Source: the human T2T-CHM13v2.0 reference genome, Homo sapiens. From it: a DNA stretch of 64,000 nucleotides. This document shows, piece after piece, positions 1-30,189 of this stretch (its first letter is position 1; each line of letters starts with the position of its first letter). The DNA is taken from the NCBI RefSeq assembly GCF_009914755.1, contig NC_060945.1. One strand, written 5' to 3'. Under the pieces are notes generated by a model, which searched no databases, was not told the origin of the DNA, and was given only the letters and a program-made list of their open reading frames with translations. The position numbers were made by a program, and so were the translations under genes.

Positions 1-768
1 ATGAGGCTGACGTTTCAGAGGTCACTCCTCGAGTGGTGAGCAAAGGCAGAGGGGGGCTTCGAAAACCAGAGGCCTCTCATTCCTTTGAAAACAGAGCCCC
101 CCGAGTTACAGTATCAGCAAAAGAGAAAACCTTGCTGCAGAAGCCGCATGTGGACATTACTGATCCAGAGAAGCCCCACCAGCCAAAGAAGAAAGGGTCC
201 CCTGCTAAGCCATCAGAAGGCAGGGAAAATGCGAGACCAAAAACCACAATGCCCAGATCTCAAGTAGATGAAGAGTTTTTGAAGCAAAGTTTAAAGGAAA
301 AACAATTGCAGAAAACATTTAGATTAAATGAAATAGATAAAGAAAGCCAAAAGCCATTTGAAGTTAAAGGACCCTTACCTGTCCACACAAAATCAGGGTT
401 GTCTGCGCCACCGAAGGGCAGCCCAGCGCCTGCTGTGTTGGCAGAAGAGGCCAGAGCAGAGGGGCAGCTGCAAGCCAGTCCTCCTGGGGCGGCAGAGGGG
501 CATCTGGAAAAACCCGTGCCAGAGCCCCAGCGCAAGGCGGCCCCTCCCCTGCCCAGAAAGGAAACCTCAGGGACGCAGGGAATAGAAGGCCACCTGAAGG
601 GTGGACAGGCAATCGTGGAAGATCAGATACCACCAAGCAATTTGGAGACAGTTCCTGTTGAGAATAACCACGGTTTCCATGAAAAGACAGCAGCGCTGAA
701 GCTTGAGGCCGAGGGCGAGGCCATGGAAGATGCAGCCGCGCCAGGGAACGACCGAGGCGGCACACAGG
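1..768 (+). CDS. NDUFV3: NDUFV3 large alternatively spliced exon of the long isoform; 5' part lies outside the window
   Basis: Open frame from position 3 (EADVSEVTPRVVSKGRGG...DRGGTQ), low-complexity K/P/E-rich. Ends at donor CAG G|GTATAC (GT 769-770, phase 1), which joins in frame to the acceptor at 5353/5354 (G+AG = Glu). Confidence 0.93.
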
Positions 769-984
769 GTATACCTTGACTCGCGCTCCCAAGTGCACCC
801 TGTCCCTTAGGGTAGTGAGGCAAAAGAACTAATTTACATATGCTTGTAGAGCAGTGTTACAATTAGTCAAATTCTGTACTAGAAATATGGCCTGTAACGC
901 TGTCTCAGCCAGGCAGAAAAGTATGTCTTAATTATGGACAATCCACATCTTTATATTTAGAATCCCTAAAATATTTAACGTTCT

Positions 985-4809
<3,825 letters not shown>

Positions 4810-4936
4810 GCATTGTAATAACTATTCCATTTCTTAAATTGGAAGGCTGTATGTTTTAGAATAAACTTCCAAGTAATATCTTTCTTTTTCTTTACTGTGG
4901 CTTTTGTAGGCTTTTCTTTTTTAATTAGACAATTTG

Positions 4937-9567
<4,631 letters not shown>

Positions 9568-9763
9568 TTAAATTAAATAAGTGGGTGTTTTAAGTGCTCA
9601 GCTTCCTTGGTTCTACCACCTTCTCTCCCTGACCCTCCTTCCCTTTCCCCCTGACCTTGGCCTTTATTCTAGAACGGATCTGAAGCAATAGGATATAAAA
9701 AATTCACAACTGCTAAAACAGTGTTCCTTCTAGTGTAATTTTCACCCTTAGAGACCTGTCTGT

Positions 9764-9769
9764 AATAAA
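9764..9769 (+). terminator. Candidate distal polyA signal of NDUFV3 (long, Alu-rich 3'UTR)
   Basis: AATAAA preceded by TGTA in unique sequence after the Alu cluster; consistent with my recollection of a long NDUFV3 3'UTR. Confidence 0.55.
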
Positions 9770-10214
9770 CATTATTTGAAATGCCTACTATATGCTAGGC
9801 ACTATGCCTCGGCCACGGGTTCAGACGTGATCGAGACAGCCTGCCTTCTCTGAGTGTATGGCCTGGGAAAGGGGGCAGCTGAGAGACAGATGCATGGCGA
9901 TGTGCCGGATAACAGACGTAGAAGGCAGAGGCAGGGGAGCTGTCTGGGGAGAGGCAAAGATGGGGATTCATCAGAGAAGGCTTTGAAGGACATGATGCCT
10001 AACCTGGATGTCGAAAGGGATTTTGCCAGGAGCACAGGGCACTGGTGGAGGGAGCCCTGCGGGGCAGTCCTCAAGGCCTCCGGATGGGTGTGAGAGGCAC
10101 CGGGGCTGAAGCAGCATCTGGGTTTGAGGAAGCCACAGCCCCTTGGCTCTCCACTGCAGTCTCAGAGCAGCCTCAGGCTGAGTAAGTGGCTGAGGCCAAT
10201 CCTTTAGGAAAGGG

Positions 10215-12862
<2,648 letters not shown>

Positions 12863-13226
12863 TGTGAAAGAAAAATATTTTGGGCCCCAAAATCACTAAG
12901 GAAAAGTCAAGCTGGACACTGCTTAAGGGAAACCTGCCTCCCATTCTATTCAAAGTCACTCCTCTGCTCACTGAGATAGATGCATATCTCATTGCCTCCT
13001 TTGGAAAGGCTGATCAGAAACTCAAAAGAATGCAGCCTCCAGTGTCTCACCTTTCTGTGCCCAGCAAGCTCCCTCCCCGCTTGGAGTGTTCCTGCCTTTG
13101 CTTCAAGTTGTCCCACCTTTCCAGAAGAACCAAGGTGCTTCTTACATATATTGATTGGTGTCTCATATCTCCCTAAAATGTATAAAACCAAGCTGTGGCC
13201 CAACCACCCTGGGGACATGTCATCAG

Positions 13227-13598
13227 TGCAAGGCTCTTGCATTGGTTGGAACCCCGAGAGCGCGCCAACAGACAACATGAGGCGGTGTGGAGCAACATGC
13301 TGTTTTAATGAGCGCCTGCATGCAGACAGGCTGAGGCCTAAAATGGCATCAGCCCCAAGTGAGGATGGGGCAGGGGTTTTATAGTCCTCTGTAAACAGGA
13401 ATTGTCCCAGCCTAACGTGACTGCTATGTAGTACCAGGGCGACCTCCCTCTTGATCTTCAGGGGGTACGTGTCTTCCAGCCAGCTCTCTTCCTGCCTCTG
13501 CTATCTTGCTGCTGGTGCAAGTTTGTACCTTGGGACTGGGCCTGAGGAGGAGGAGTTATTCATCCCGCAAGCTTTCAGGCCCCGAGGAGAATCTTCCA
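13227..13598 (-). terminator. 3' LTR with polyA signal
   Basis: ATTAAA on minus at 13304-13309; short purine tract precedes the LTR. Confidence 0.85.
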
Positions 13599-13775
13599 TT
13601 CCTGTCTATTTGGTTATAGAAAAGGGGAAAGGGACGACTTTCTCAATAACTACTTCAGGCGTGACATAGGGGTGGCGTGGGCACCTTGGAAAAAGAAAAA
13701 CTTAATTTTTGGGGTATTCTTGAGAGACGGGTTGGTATCCATCGTGCCGCTGTAGCAGGAGCATCATCTGGATTG

Positions 13776-15008
13776 TCAGGAGGTTAACTGTAGTTTCAAC
13801 AAGAGTTTTAATGGGATACCACAGGGGAGAAACAGGAGGACCCCAGTGATGAAAATGACTGTCCCCACCAGCATTTTAAATCCTCCTAAATTAGAGAACC
13901 ACCCTCCTAGAAGGTTTGCTGGGTCCCATCCCTCCCAGGTTTGGACTGGTACACGGGCTACTTTTCTGATGTTTGAAGCGATTTCCAGAACCTCTTCTCC
14001 ATTATTGCCTATGTTAAGACAGCAATTGGAGATGTTAAACTTACCACAGCCCGCACCCTCTTCTGCTAATAAGTAGTCTAGGGCCAGCCTGTTTTGATAA
14101 ATTGCCGCGCGCATTTGGTTTTGTTGTTGCGCGAGCATTTCTAGGGCTGAGGCAGTTTGGTTAGTGATTATCTCTAGAACAGCTTGTAGTCTAATCGCTC
14201 TATTTGGCATATATATGGGAGTGCGATAACCCCATGAACCATCCTCTGCCCAAGTGGCAGGACCATAGTATTCAATGATCCGTTGCGGGGGCCACTCGTC
14301 CTCTCACAATCTTTGGCTCCCTCCTACCTCCAAGGATCATTTTTCTCTGGTTATCATACACAGGGACTCTGAGGGTGTTGCCCGCCTGCTTCGGAAGTAA
14401 AAAGAATCCAGGTTGAATTGTGCCTAGGAAGCAAGTACCTTGCCAGTGATAAGGTAGCTGTGAGTAAGCCTGGGTTCCCCATATCCACAGGAATCCGTCA
14501 GTGGCAGTCCATTGTCAGCTGGTGTTCCTAGGATTGTCGCATAGTACACTTAGGCGGAGGTATGCGGCATAAGGGTTAGTGGTGTTTGTACAGTACCAGG
14601 CCTTTTTTGACAAGACACAATTGAGGTAGCTTAAGTTAGAAGGAGACCAGGCTCCAGGGGGTAACCTTGGCCACCACTCAGCTATGGAGGCATTGACTGT
14701 TAGGGTTTGGTGACGGGTTTTCACCTACGGCGCGATGGGTTTTATCAGTCCACTTGCGGGATATGCACACCGTCCCTCATACTGAGTTGGTAAGTGTCCA
14801 GGACTGCGGGCATTCCTGAGGAGTGAAAGTGAGTCTGGGGTTTTGGGATGCCTGTAAGTAAGGGGGAATGTCTATCCCGTCCCACAGCCACTGTTCACTC
14901 ATAAAGCTCCCCCGCATACCCAACAATTGGACACATTCATGGTAAGCACAATGGTTCTCCTAGATCTACAAACAGATTTTTTCCTGGCTTAGGAAGGGAT
15001 GCATCTGC
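13776..15008 (-). pseudogene. Remainder of HERVH48 env downstream of the suppressyn stop (rest of SU plus TM)
   Basis: CWVC (CxxC) at 14914-14925; [29 protein letters not shown]; [17 protein letters not shown]; [10 protein letters not shown]; membrane anchor. Confidence 0.88.
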
Positions 15009-15491
15009 TTATAGTTTTTGTATAAAGGAATGGAAATGCCGCGGGCGATTTTCAGGGGGAGTTGTTGGTTTTGAGGCTTTGGCTTTGGCTATAATCTGTT
15101 CTCTCTTTATGTCCTCAAGCACCTGAGTGTTTACTCCCCATTGTCCAATTTTGGTGAAGCAAAGCCACTGCTTCCCTCTGGGGCAAATAGCCCCATTACG
15201 ACTGCCACATACTCCTAGATTCTTTACTTTATAATAACTCTTTCCTGATTCAACACATTCCTCGATTAAGTTTCCATAACAGGATCTTTCTATATGAGTA
15301 TGGTAAGTAAAGTATTGTTGCATCTCCCCTCTGTAGTGCAAAGACTGATAACACTCACGGCAGCTCGGAGGGGCTGCTGTGGACAGCAGGACAGCTACTG
15401 ACAGTATTAGGATCGTGGTGAGGGATATTCCCATATTAAGACTTTTGGTTGGAAGAGAGGTATAGAAAGTGGTTGGGTAGATACAGGCCAT
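15009..15491 (-). CDS. ERVH48-1: Suppressyn (SUPYN), 160-aa secreted truncated env SU; placental inhibitor of syncytin-1/ASCT2-mediated fusion
   Basis: ATG at 15491: MACIYPTTFY...MGISLTTILILSVAVLLSTA (signal peptide) APPSCRECYQ...HFHSFIQKL*. 483 nt, located right after pol; sequence recognised. Confidence 0.95.
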   Translation of the reverse strand: MACIYPTTFYTSLPTKSLNMGISLTTILILSVAVLLSTAAPPSCRECYQSLHYRGEMQQYFTYHTHIERSCYGNLIEECVESGKSYYKVKNLGVCGSRNGAICPRGKQWLCFTKIGQWGVNTQVLEDIKREQIIAKAKASKPTTPPENRPRHFHSFIQKL

Positions 15492-18121
15492 TCCTGGAAG
15501 CACGTGGTTAGTCTTCCTTGTGTTTTGGTTTTAAGAAAAAAATGTTGGTTAATTTAAACTTGGTAGGAGAAATTGGCCCAGACAAACACTTAGCTGTTAA
15601 TGTTTTGGAGGAAGAAGCTGCCTTGGGGGTGAGCTTGACCCTGGTGCGATGGATCCAGTTGGGGAGTCCTCGGACTCTCACTGCAGTTGGTGTGCTGAGT
15701 ATCACAGTGTAGGGGCCTGTCCACTTCGGTGGTAGCTTTTTGTGAGGGTCAGGTTGGCCGATAAACACGTCTGTGCCTGCAAGACAGTTATGATGTTGAG
15801 AGGATAAGGAGGTGTCGGCAGGGAGAGGCATGGCCTCACTCACTGCTTCACGAGTGAAAGACCGTGTCTGGATTAAGGAGGGGAGGTAATTCCTGAGTGG
15901 CTCAGAGTCTGTTAAGGGTGGAGGCTCTAAGACAAAAGTTCGGCCATACATGATCTCAAAGGGACTATAAAAAAAGGCTGCCTTTGGTGTTGCCAGAGTC
16001 TCATGAGGGCGAAAGGGAGACTTCTCGTACACGACTGGCAGATTTCTAGAGTGAGCTTGGTGAGTTGGGCTTTAAGGACAGAGTTGACCTTTTCAACTTA
16101 GCCTGAAGATTGAGGCCGGTAGGGTGTGTGGAGAACCCATTTTATTCCCAAGGATGTAGAGGCGCCTTGGGTGATTTGGCTGATAAAGGCAGGCCCGTTA
16201 TCGGACCGGATGGATGTTGGGAGTCTGAAACAGGGAATTATATGCATGTTGAGAGTTTGTGTGATGATATTTGCACCTTCTGAAGTTGTTGGGAATGCTT
16301 CTACCCACCTGGAGAAAGTACAGACAAAGACTAGAAGATAGTGGAGCCATTTATGGGGCAGCATGTGAATAAGTCTACCTACCAATCCTGCCCGGGTACC
16401 TTGCCCTGGGCTTGGTGGGTAGGAAAAGGCAGTGGCCAGAGGGAACCCTGGGGTGACATTGAGTGGCAGATAGAGCAGGACTGGGTGACCTCTCGAACAC
16501 GGCTGGAAAGATGAGGACAAATGAGGATAGGGCAGAGACGTTGCAGGACAGGTTTGTACCCGACATGGAAAGAGTTGTGGAGGCTTTGGAGGACAGGGAT
16601 TGTTTGAGAGTGAGGACAGCGAAGCGCACTTCCTTTGACATACCGTGGTCCTTGTTTTTGAAGGTTTTGGGCTTGGCAGTCCTCCTTTTCTTCTGGGGAG
16701 TAAAGAGGAGAGAACGAGGACAGGGAAAGAAACTGGCCTTGCACGGGTTGTAGGGCCATTTGTTTGGCTACTCTATCTGCTAAAGCATTTCTGGCCAATA
16801 TAGGATTGTCTGGGGTTTGGTGGCCCCTGCAGTGAATGATGGCAAGTTTCTGCGGGAGCCTGGCAACCTGAAGGAGCTTGCTGATGAGAGCATTTATGAC
16901 AGGGGTGTTGTTTGCAGTTAGGAAACCCCCTTCTTTCCAGATGGACAAGTGTGAGTGCACTACGTGGAACACATAATGAGAATCTGAATACATGTCCAGC
17001 TGCTCGAGTGAGAGCTCAAGTGAGGACGATGAGTTCAGCCTTTTGGGAGGTGGTTCCTAGGGGGACCAGATTAGCTTCAATAGTGTGGGTGGGTGACACT
17101 ATAGCATAGCCAGCATGTTGGCATCCTTGATGTAGGAAGGAGCTGCCATCTACAAACCAAGTAAAGGAGGCATCTGGAAGGGGTTGGGCTGTTAGGTGTG
17201 GAAAAGGTAAGAAAAGTTTGAACAGTGTCCACACAGAAGTGTGCAGGGTCTTGGGAGGTAGTGGCTTCAGGTAAGAGTGTGGCCGGGTTTAGACAGGAGC
17301 TGGTTAGCACGGTGATTTGGGGGGTTTCTATGAATAAAGCATACAGTTGGAGGAGCCGTGGGGCAGAGATGAGACTTAGTACGCTGCGGTGAGCTAGCAT
17401 GTCTTTGATGCTATGGGCTGACTAAACTGTTAGGTTGGCATCAAGAGATAGTTTTAGGCTTTCAAGGGTGAGGACAGCAGCTGCCACCAGTGCTTGGAAG
17501 CAAGCAGCCCATCCGAGAACTGTGGTTTCGAGCTGTTTAGAGAGGTAGGCAACAACCTGGAGGGCGGGTCCCTTAGACTGGGTTAGAACACGTAGTGCGA
17601 CTCCATGCCGTTCGTCAGGATAGAGGGAGAAAGGTTTGGTGAGGTCTGGGAGGGTGAGGATGGGGACTGGGGTGACAGACTTCTGGAGTAGGCAGAAAGG
17701 TTGGGTAATAGGCTGTGCAGGGTTTAAAGGCTCATGGAGAGGGCCTTTAGCAGCTTGGTATAACAGTTTGGCTAGTAGAGCGAAGGAGGGAACCCAGAGC
17801 CTGAAATATCCCGCTAGTCCTAGAAAAGAGAGAATTTCTTGCTTAGTTTGCGGAGGCGGGAGGGACTGGAAGAGGGATATGTGGTCTGTTATGAGCCCTT
17901 GGGTTCATGGGGTAAGAGCTAGGCCTAGATAGATGACTGAGGGGGTGCATGTTTGCGCTTTTTTAGGGGATACCTGATACCCCCACTCTGCCAGAAGTTT
18001 AAAAGAGAGATAGTATGGGCATTGCAGTCTTTTTGAGAGGGGCTACCCAGGAGCAGATCATCAAGGAGAGTGGACGGTTTTAGGGATAAGGTACAGAGGT
18101 CATGATCAAGGGCCTGTCCAA

Positions 18122-18300
18122 AAAGGTGGGTGCTGTCTCTAAAACCTTGAGGTAGTAGGCACCAGTGAGCTGATGTGAAAGGCGGGTGCTGTCTCTAAAA
18201 CCTTGAGGTAGTAGGCACCAGTGAGCTGATGTGAAAGGCGGGTGCTGTCTCTAAAACCTTGAGGTAGTAGGCACCAGTGAGCTGATGTGAAAGGTGGGTG
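18122..18300. repeat. 56-bp tandem triplication inside RT
   Basis: TGCTGTCTCTAAAACCTTGAGGTAGTAGGCACCAGTGAGCTGATGTGAAAGG at 18131, 18187, 18243. Confidence 0.95.
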
Positions 18301-18948
18301 TTGGGGTCTTCCCACATAACAACAAAGAGGTCTTGAGAATCAGGGTGCAAATGAACTGTGGAAAAAAGCATCCTTTAGGTCTAGGACAGAAAAATGGGTG
18401 GTATTGGAGGGAATTTTGGAAAGTAAAGTGTATGGGTTAGGGACTACTGGACATACTGGGAGTACAGTTTGGTTAATGAGCCTGAAGTCCTGGACTAAGT
18501 GGTAAGTTCCATCTGGCTTTTTAACAGGTAGAATTGGTGTGTTTAAAAGGGAGTTTGTTGGGCGGAGGAGGTGACTGGCGAGGAGGCGAGAAATGATAAG
18601 CTATAGGCCTACAAGAGCTGCTTAGGGGATTGGATACTGCTTCTGTGATAGGAACTGGGTGGGGATTTTAAGGGTAATGCAGAAGGGGGTGTGGTGTTTT
18701 GCAACTGAGGGTGTGGAAGTATCTCAAAACAGCGGGGTTAACCACGGATGGGGGATAAGGAAAGGTTGCATGTTTTAGGGTGGGAGGTTGCAGGAGTAGA
18801 AGAAAGTTAGAAGCCCTGGAGGGGTCTGGGTGGATGCGTTGGGTACTAGGGGAACCTGGGAGTGGAGAGTGGTGTGGAGTTTTGAAAGCATGGCTCTGCC
18901 TAGGAGTGGAGTTGGGCATGAGGGCAGGACTAAGAGTGAGTGAAGGAA

Positions 18949-19439
<491 letters not shown>

Positions 19440-19448
19440 TTATCAGGG

Positions 19449-21734
<2,286 letters not shown>

Positions 21735-21973
21735 ATGCCATAGCCTTCTTGGACCCATGTTGGATTTTGGGGCTGGAGAAACCAAGAGAGGCCGTGCGGA
21801 TTTTTCCCTGTTAACCGGGCTCCCAGGAAACTTACCAGTAGGCGAGATCAGTGACCGATGTGCATGCACAGAGAGGCGACTAGAGGCTGAGGAGCTTCCT
21901 TTGTCCGGCTGCTGTGGCCTGCTTTCCCAGATGGAGGGGTGGTAGGTCCACTGGGGACGTGGACGGAAGCCCC

Positions 21974-21991
21974 TCGCAGGTTTCAGGGCCA
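21974..21991 (-). other. Degenerate tRNA-Phe primer binding site
   Basis: TGGCCCTGAAACCTGCGA vs the Phe PBS TGGTGCCGAAACCCGGGA (13/18), directly after the 5' LTR. Confidence 0.65.
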
Positions 21992-21993
21992 GC

Positions 21994-22366
21994 CCCAAGG
22001 CTCTTGCATTGGTTGGAACCCGGAGAGCGCGCCAACAGACAACACGAGGCGGTGTGGAGCAACACGCTGTTTTAATAAGCACCTGGATGCAGACAGACTG
22101 AGGCCTAGAATGGCATCAGCCCCAAGTGAGGAGGGGGCAGGGCTTTTATAGTTCTCTGTAAACAGGAATTGTCCCAGCCTGACGTGACTGCTATGTAGTA
22201 CGCGGACGGCCTCCCCCTTGATCTTCAGAGAGTATGTGTCTTCCAGCCAGCTCTTTTCCTGCCTCTGCTATCTTGCTGCTGGTGCAAGTTTGAGCGTTGG
22301 GACTGGGCCTGAGGAGGAGGAGTTACTCATTCCCTCAAGCTTTCAAGCCCCTGGGAGAATCTTTCA
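21994..22366 (-). promoter_or_regulatory. 5' LTR (MER48-type), promoter of ERVH48-1/suppressyn
   Basis: Direct repeat of 13227-13598 (~31 differences by hand count); TATAAAA on minus at 22144-22150; CRE-like TGACGTGA at 22180-22187. Confidence 0.88.
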
Positions 22367-22450
22367 ATCAGGACTTCCTGAGGCGGTGTCACAGGTCCCT
22401 GCCCAACCTTGGCAAAATAAACTTTCTAAATTAACAAGAGACCTGTCTCA

Positions 22451-22780
<330 letters not shown>

Positions 22781-23036
22781 TCAAACTCCTGGCCTCAAGT
22801 AACCCATCTGCCTCGGCCTCCCAAAGCGCTGGGATTACAGGCGTGAGCCATTGTGCCTGGCCTCAAGTGGGATTTTTTTTTTTAATTCTGAGACAGAGTC
22901 TAACTCTATTGCCCAGGCTGGACTGCAGTGGTGCCATCTTGGCTCAGTGCAACCTCCATCTCCCGGGTTCAAGCGATTGTCCTGCCTCAGCCTCCTGAGT
23001 ACCTGGGATTACATGTGCACGCCATCACGCCCAGCT

Positions 23037-23067
<31 letters not shown>

Positions 23068-23168
23068 GGTAGAGATGGGGTTTCGCCATGTTGGCCAGGC
23101 TGGTCTCAAACTCCTGACCTCAAATGACCTCAAATGATCTGGCCTGCCTTGGCCTCCCAAAGAGCTGA

Positions 23169-23470
<302 letters not shown>

Positions 23471-23894
23471 TGATCCGCCCGCCTCTCCTGCCGAAGTGCT
23501 GGGATTACAGGCGTGAGTCACCGCGCCCGGCCAACAAGTGGATTTTTAAAGGAAAAAAGAGGCAGTTGCTAAATTCCTCGCCAACAATTTACATTAAAAT
23601 ACATAAGCGATTTATTGGCTTGTTCTTTGTATCACAAATTCCACAAATTTAGAAACGTGATTGTAATGAGTGAAGCAGGTATTCAGGGACTACATGGCTA
23701 AACAATTGCGCTGGGCATGGGTGGAGGGCACGAGTGAAGTCCCGAGCTCAGGTCTCTCTGTGCAAGCCTAGCAGAGCACAGAACGCTCTGGGCTATCTTT
23801 TCACCTAGGGAATACTGTGGGCGGGACAAATCTGGGGTTATAGACAAGCTGGGGACGGCTGTGCCTCGCTGGGGGACTGACACAGGCAGCCAGT

Positions 23895-24717
<823 letters not shown>

Positions 24718-24724
24718 GGTGTCT

Positions 24725-28133
<3,409 letters not shown>

Positions 28134-28920
28134 AGTCTTGCTGTAAACCTGGGGAGAAAGTGACGGATCAGAGGGAAGCTTCTTTGTACTTCTGAGTCAG
28201 TCAAGGCCTGACCCACAGATCCGCATGGCAGGATCCTTCTGGAGGCTCCCCAGGGCCACAAGAGCAGCTTCCTGCACCACTGGGTCGTCTGTTCCCGTGA
28301 TGCCAGCTCAGTGGAGGGAGTAGAACCACTGCACTGAGGGATGTGGTCCTGTTGCTCCGCACAGGCAGCCACTACTCTTTTTTTCTATTTTTTTAGAAAT
28401 GAGTTCTCACCATGTCGTCCTGGCTGGAGTGCAGTGGCATGATCACATTGAGGGAAGACAGAGACCCTCTCATATTGTTTTATACTCAGAAAAAGAAAGA
28501 GAAGCGAAACTAAAGGCAGGTAGCCCGGTGCCTAGGAAGCAGACCCGAAACCAGGCCTGGGCCTGCCTGACCTAAGCCTGGTAGTTAAAATTCGACCCCT
28601 GACCTAGGAACTGATGTTATCTATAGATTCCAGACATTGTGTGGAAGGACATTGTGAAACCTCCAGTTCTGTTCTTTTTCACTCTGACCACCGGTGCTCG
28701 CAGCCCCTGTCACATACCCCCTGGCTTGCTCAATTGATCACGACCCTCTCACACGGACCCCCTTAGAGTTGTGAGCCCTTAAAAGGGACAGAAGTTGAGC
28801 ACCCAAGGAGCTCGGATTTTAAGACGCTAGCCTGCCCATGCTCCCAGCTGATTACAGCCACTCCCTTCACTATCTTGGTGTCTGAGGGGTTTTGTCCACG
28901 GCTCGTCCTGCTACATTTCT

Positions 28921-28938
28921 TGGTTCCCTGACCGGGAA
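28921..28938 (+). other. tRNA-Glu primer binding site
   Basis: TGGTTCCCTGACCGGGAA, complementary to the tRNA-Glu 3' end, 5 nt after the LTR's terminal CA. Confidence 0.9.
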
Positions 28939-30148
28939 GTGAGGTGATTAATGGACAGTCGAGGCAGCTCCTTAGGTGGCTTTAGCCTGCCCTGTGGAAC
29001 ATCCCTGCGGGGGACTCCAACCAGCTGGAGCGACACGGATCCTGAGAGTGCTCCCGGGTAGGCATTTGCCCCGGTGGGACGCCCCCCAGAGCAGTGTGTG
29101 GCAGGCTCCCATGGAGGATCAATGCAGTGGCTGAACACCGGGAAGGAACTGGCACCTGGAGTCCAGACATCTGAAACTTGGTAAGACTGGTCTTTGGAAC
29201 TTGCCCACTCCATTTGAGTGGAAGCGTGGCCTGATCACCCACGGCGTGCCTGTACAGGCACTTTGGTTTTGGTTTTGACTTGGTTTGAATTGCTTGACAG
29301 GACTGGTCTTGGGAACTTGCCCACTCCATTTGAGTGGAAGGGTGGCCTGATCACCCACAGTGTGCCTGTACCAGCACTTTGGTTTTTGTTTTTGACTTGA
29401 CTTAGATTGCTTGATACTTTGGTTTTGGTTTTGACCTGGCTTGGATTTCTGGATACTCTGATTTTGGTTTTGATTTTGGTTTGGTGTAAACTGCAAAAGT
29501 GTGTGTGTGCCCTTTTTACCTGTTCTTTGTTTTGTGGTGTGCGTGTGGTGTGAGCGTGGTGTTTTGTCTTGAAGAAGCATGGGTGAGAAACAAATAAGCC
29601 CACCCTACTAGGAACTATATTGAAAATTTTCAAGAAAGGATTTGAGGGAGATTACGGTGTTACTATGACACCAGGAAATCTTAGAACTTTGTGTGAAATA
29701 GACCGGCCAGCATTAGAGGTAGGTTGGCCATCAGAAAGAAGCTTGGACACGGCCCTTGTTTCAAAGGTACGGCACAAAGTAACTTGTAAGCCAGGGCACC
29801 CAGACCAGTTTCTGTACATAGACACTTAGTCACAGCTGGTTTTAGACCCCTTCCCCCCAACAGTAGTTAAGAGAGACAGAAAGTCAAAGAGAGAAAGAAA
29901 AAGAGAAAGAGAGAAATATACAAGTAGTTAAGAAAAAAAACAGTATACCCTATTTCTTTAAAAGCCAAGGTAAATTTAAAACCTATAATTGATAATTAAA
30001 GGTATTCTCCATAAGCCGGAAACACTCTAATACCACTTTGTTGTCAGTGTAAACAAGGGCGTATCCCGAAAGCATTGAGGCCTTCCTATCAAAAATCCTT
30101 AACCCAGTAACCCGTGGATGGCCCAGCCGCTGCTTTGCTAACAGAAAA

Positions 30149-30189
<41 letters not shown>

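Noticed and set aside
747-749. AAC (Asn) where I recall Asp in the reference NDUFV3 long isoform
   Set aside because: Probably a common coding SNP; cannot be verified here and lies in a low-complexity region.
29185-29415. ~115-bp tandem duplication in the Harlequin leader and long Q/N/K ORFs over it
   Set aside because: Same duplication occurs in the second copy (~45830-46060), so it is a family feature; the ORFs are antisense low-complexity.
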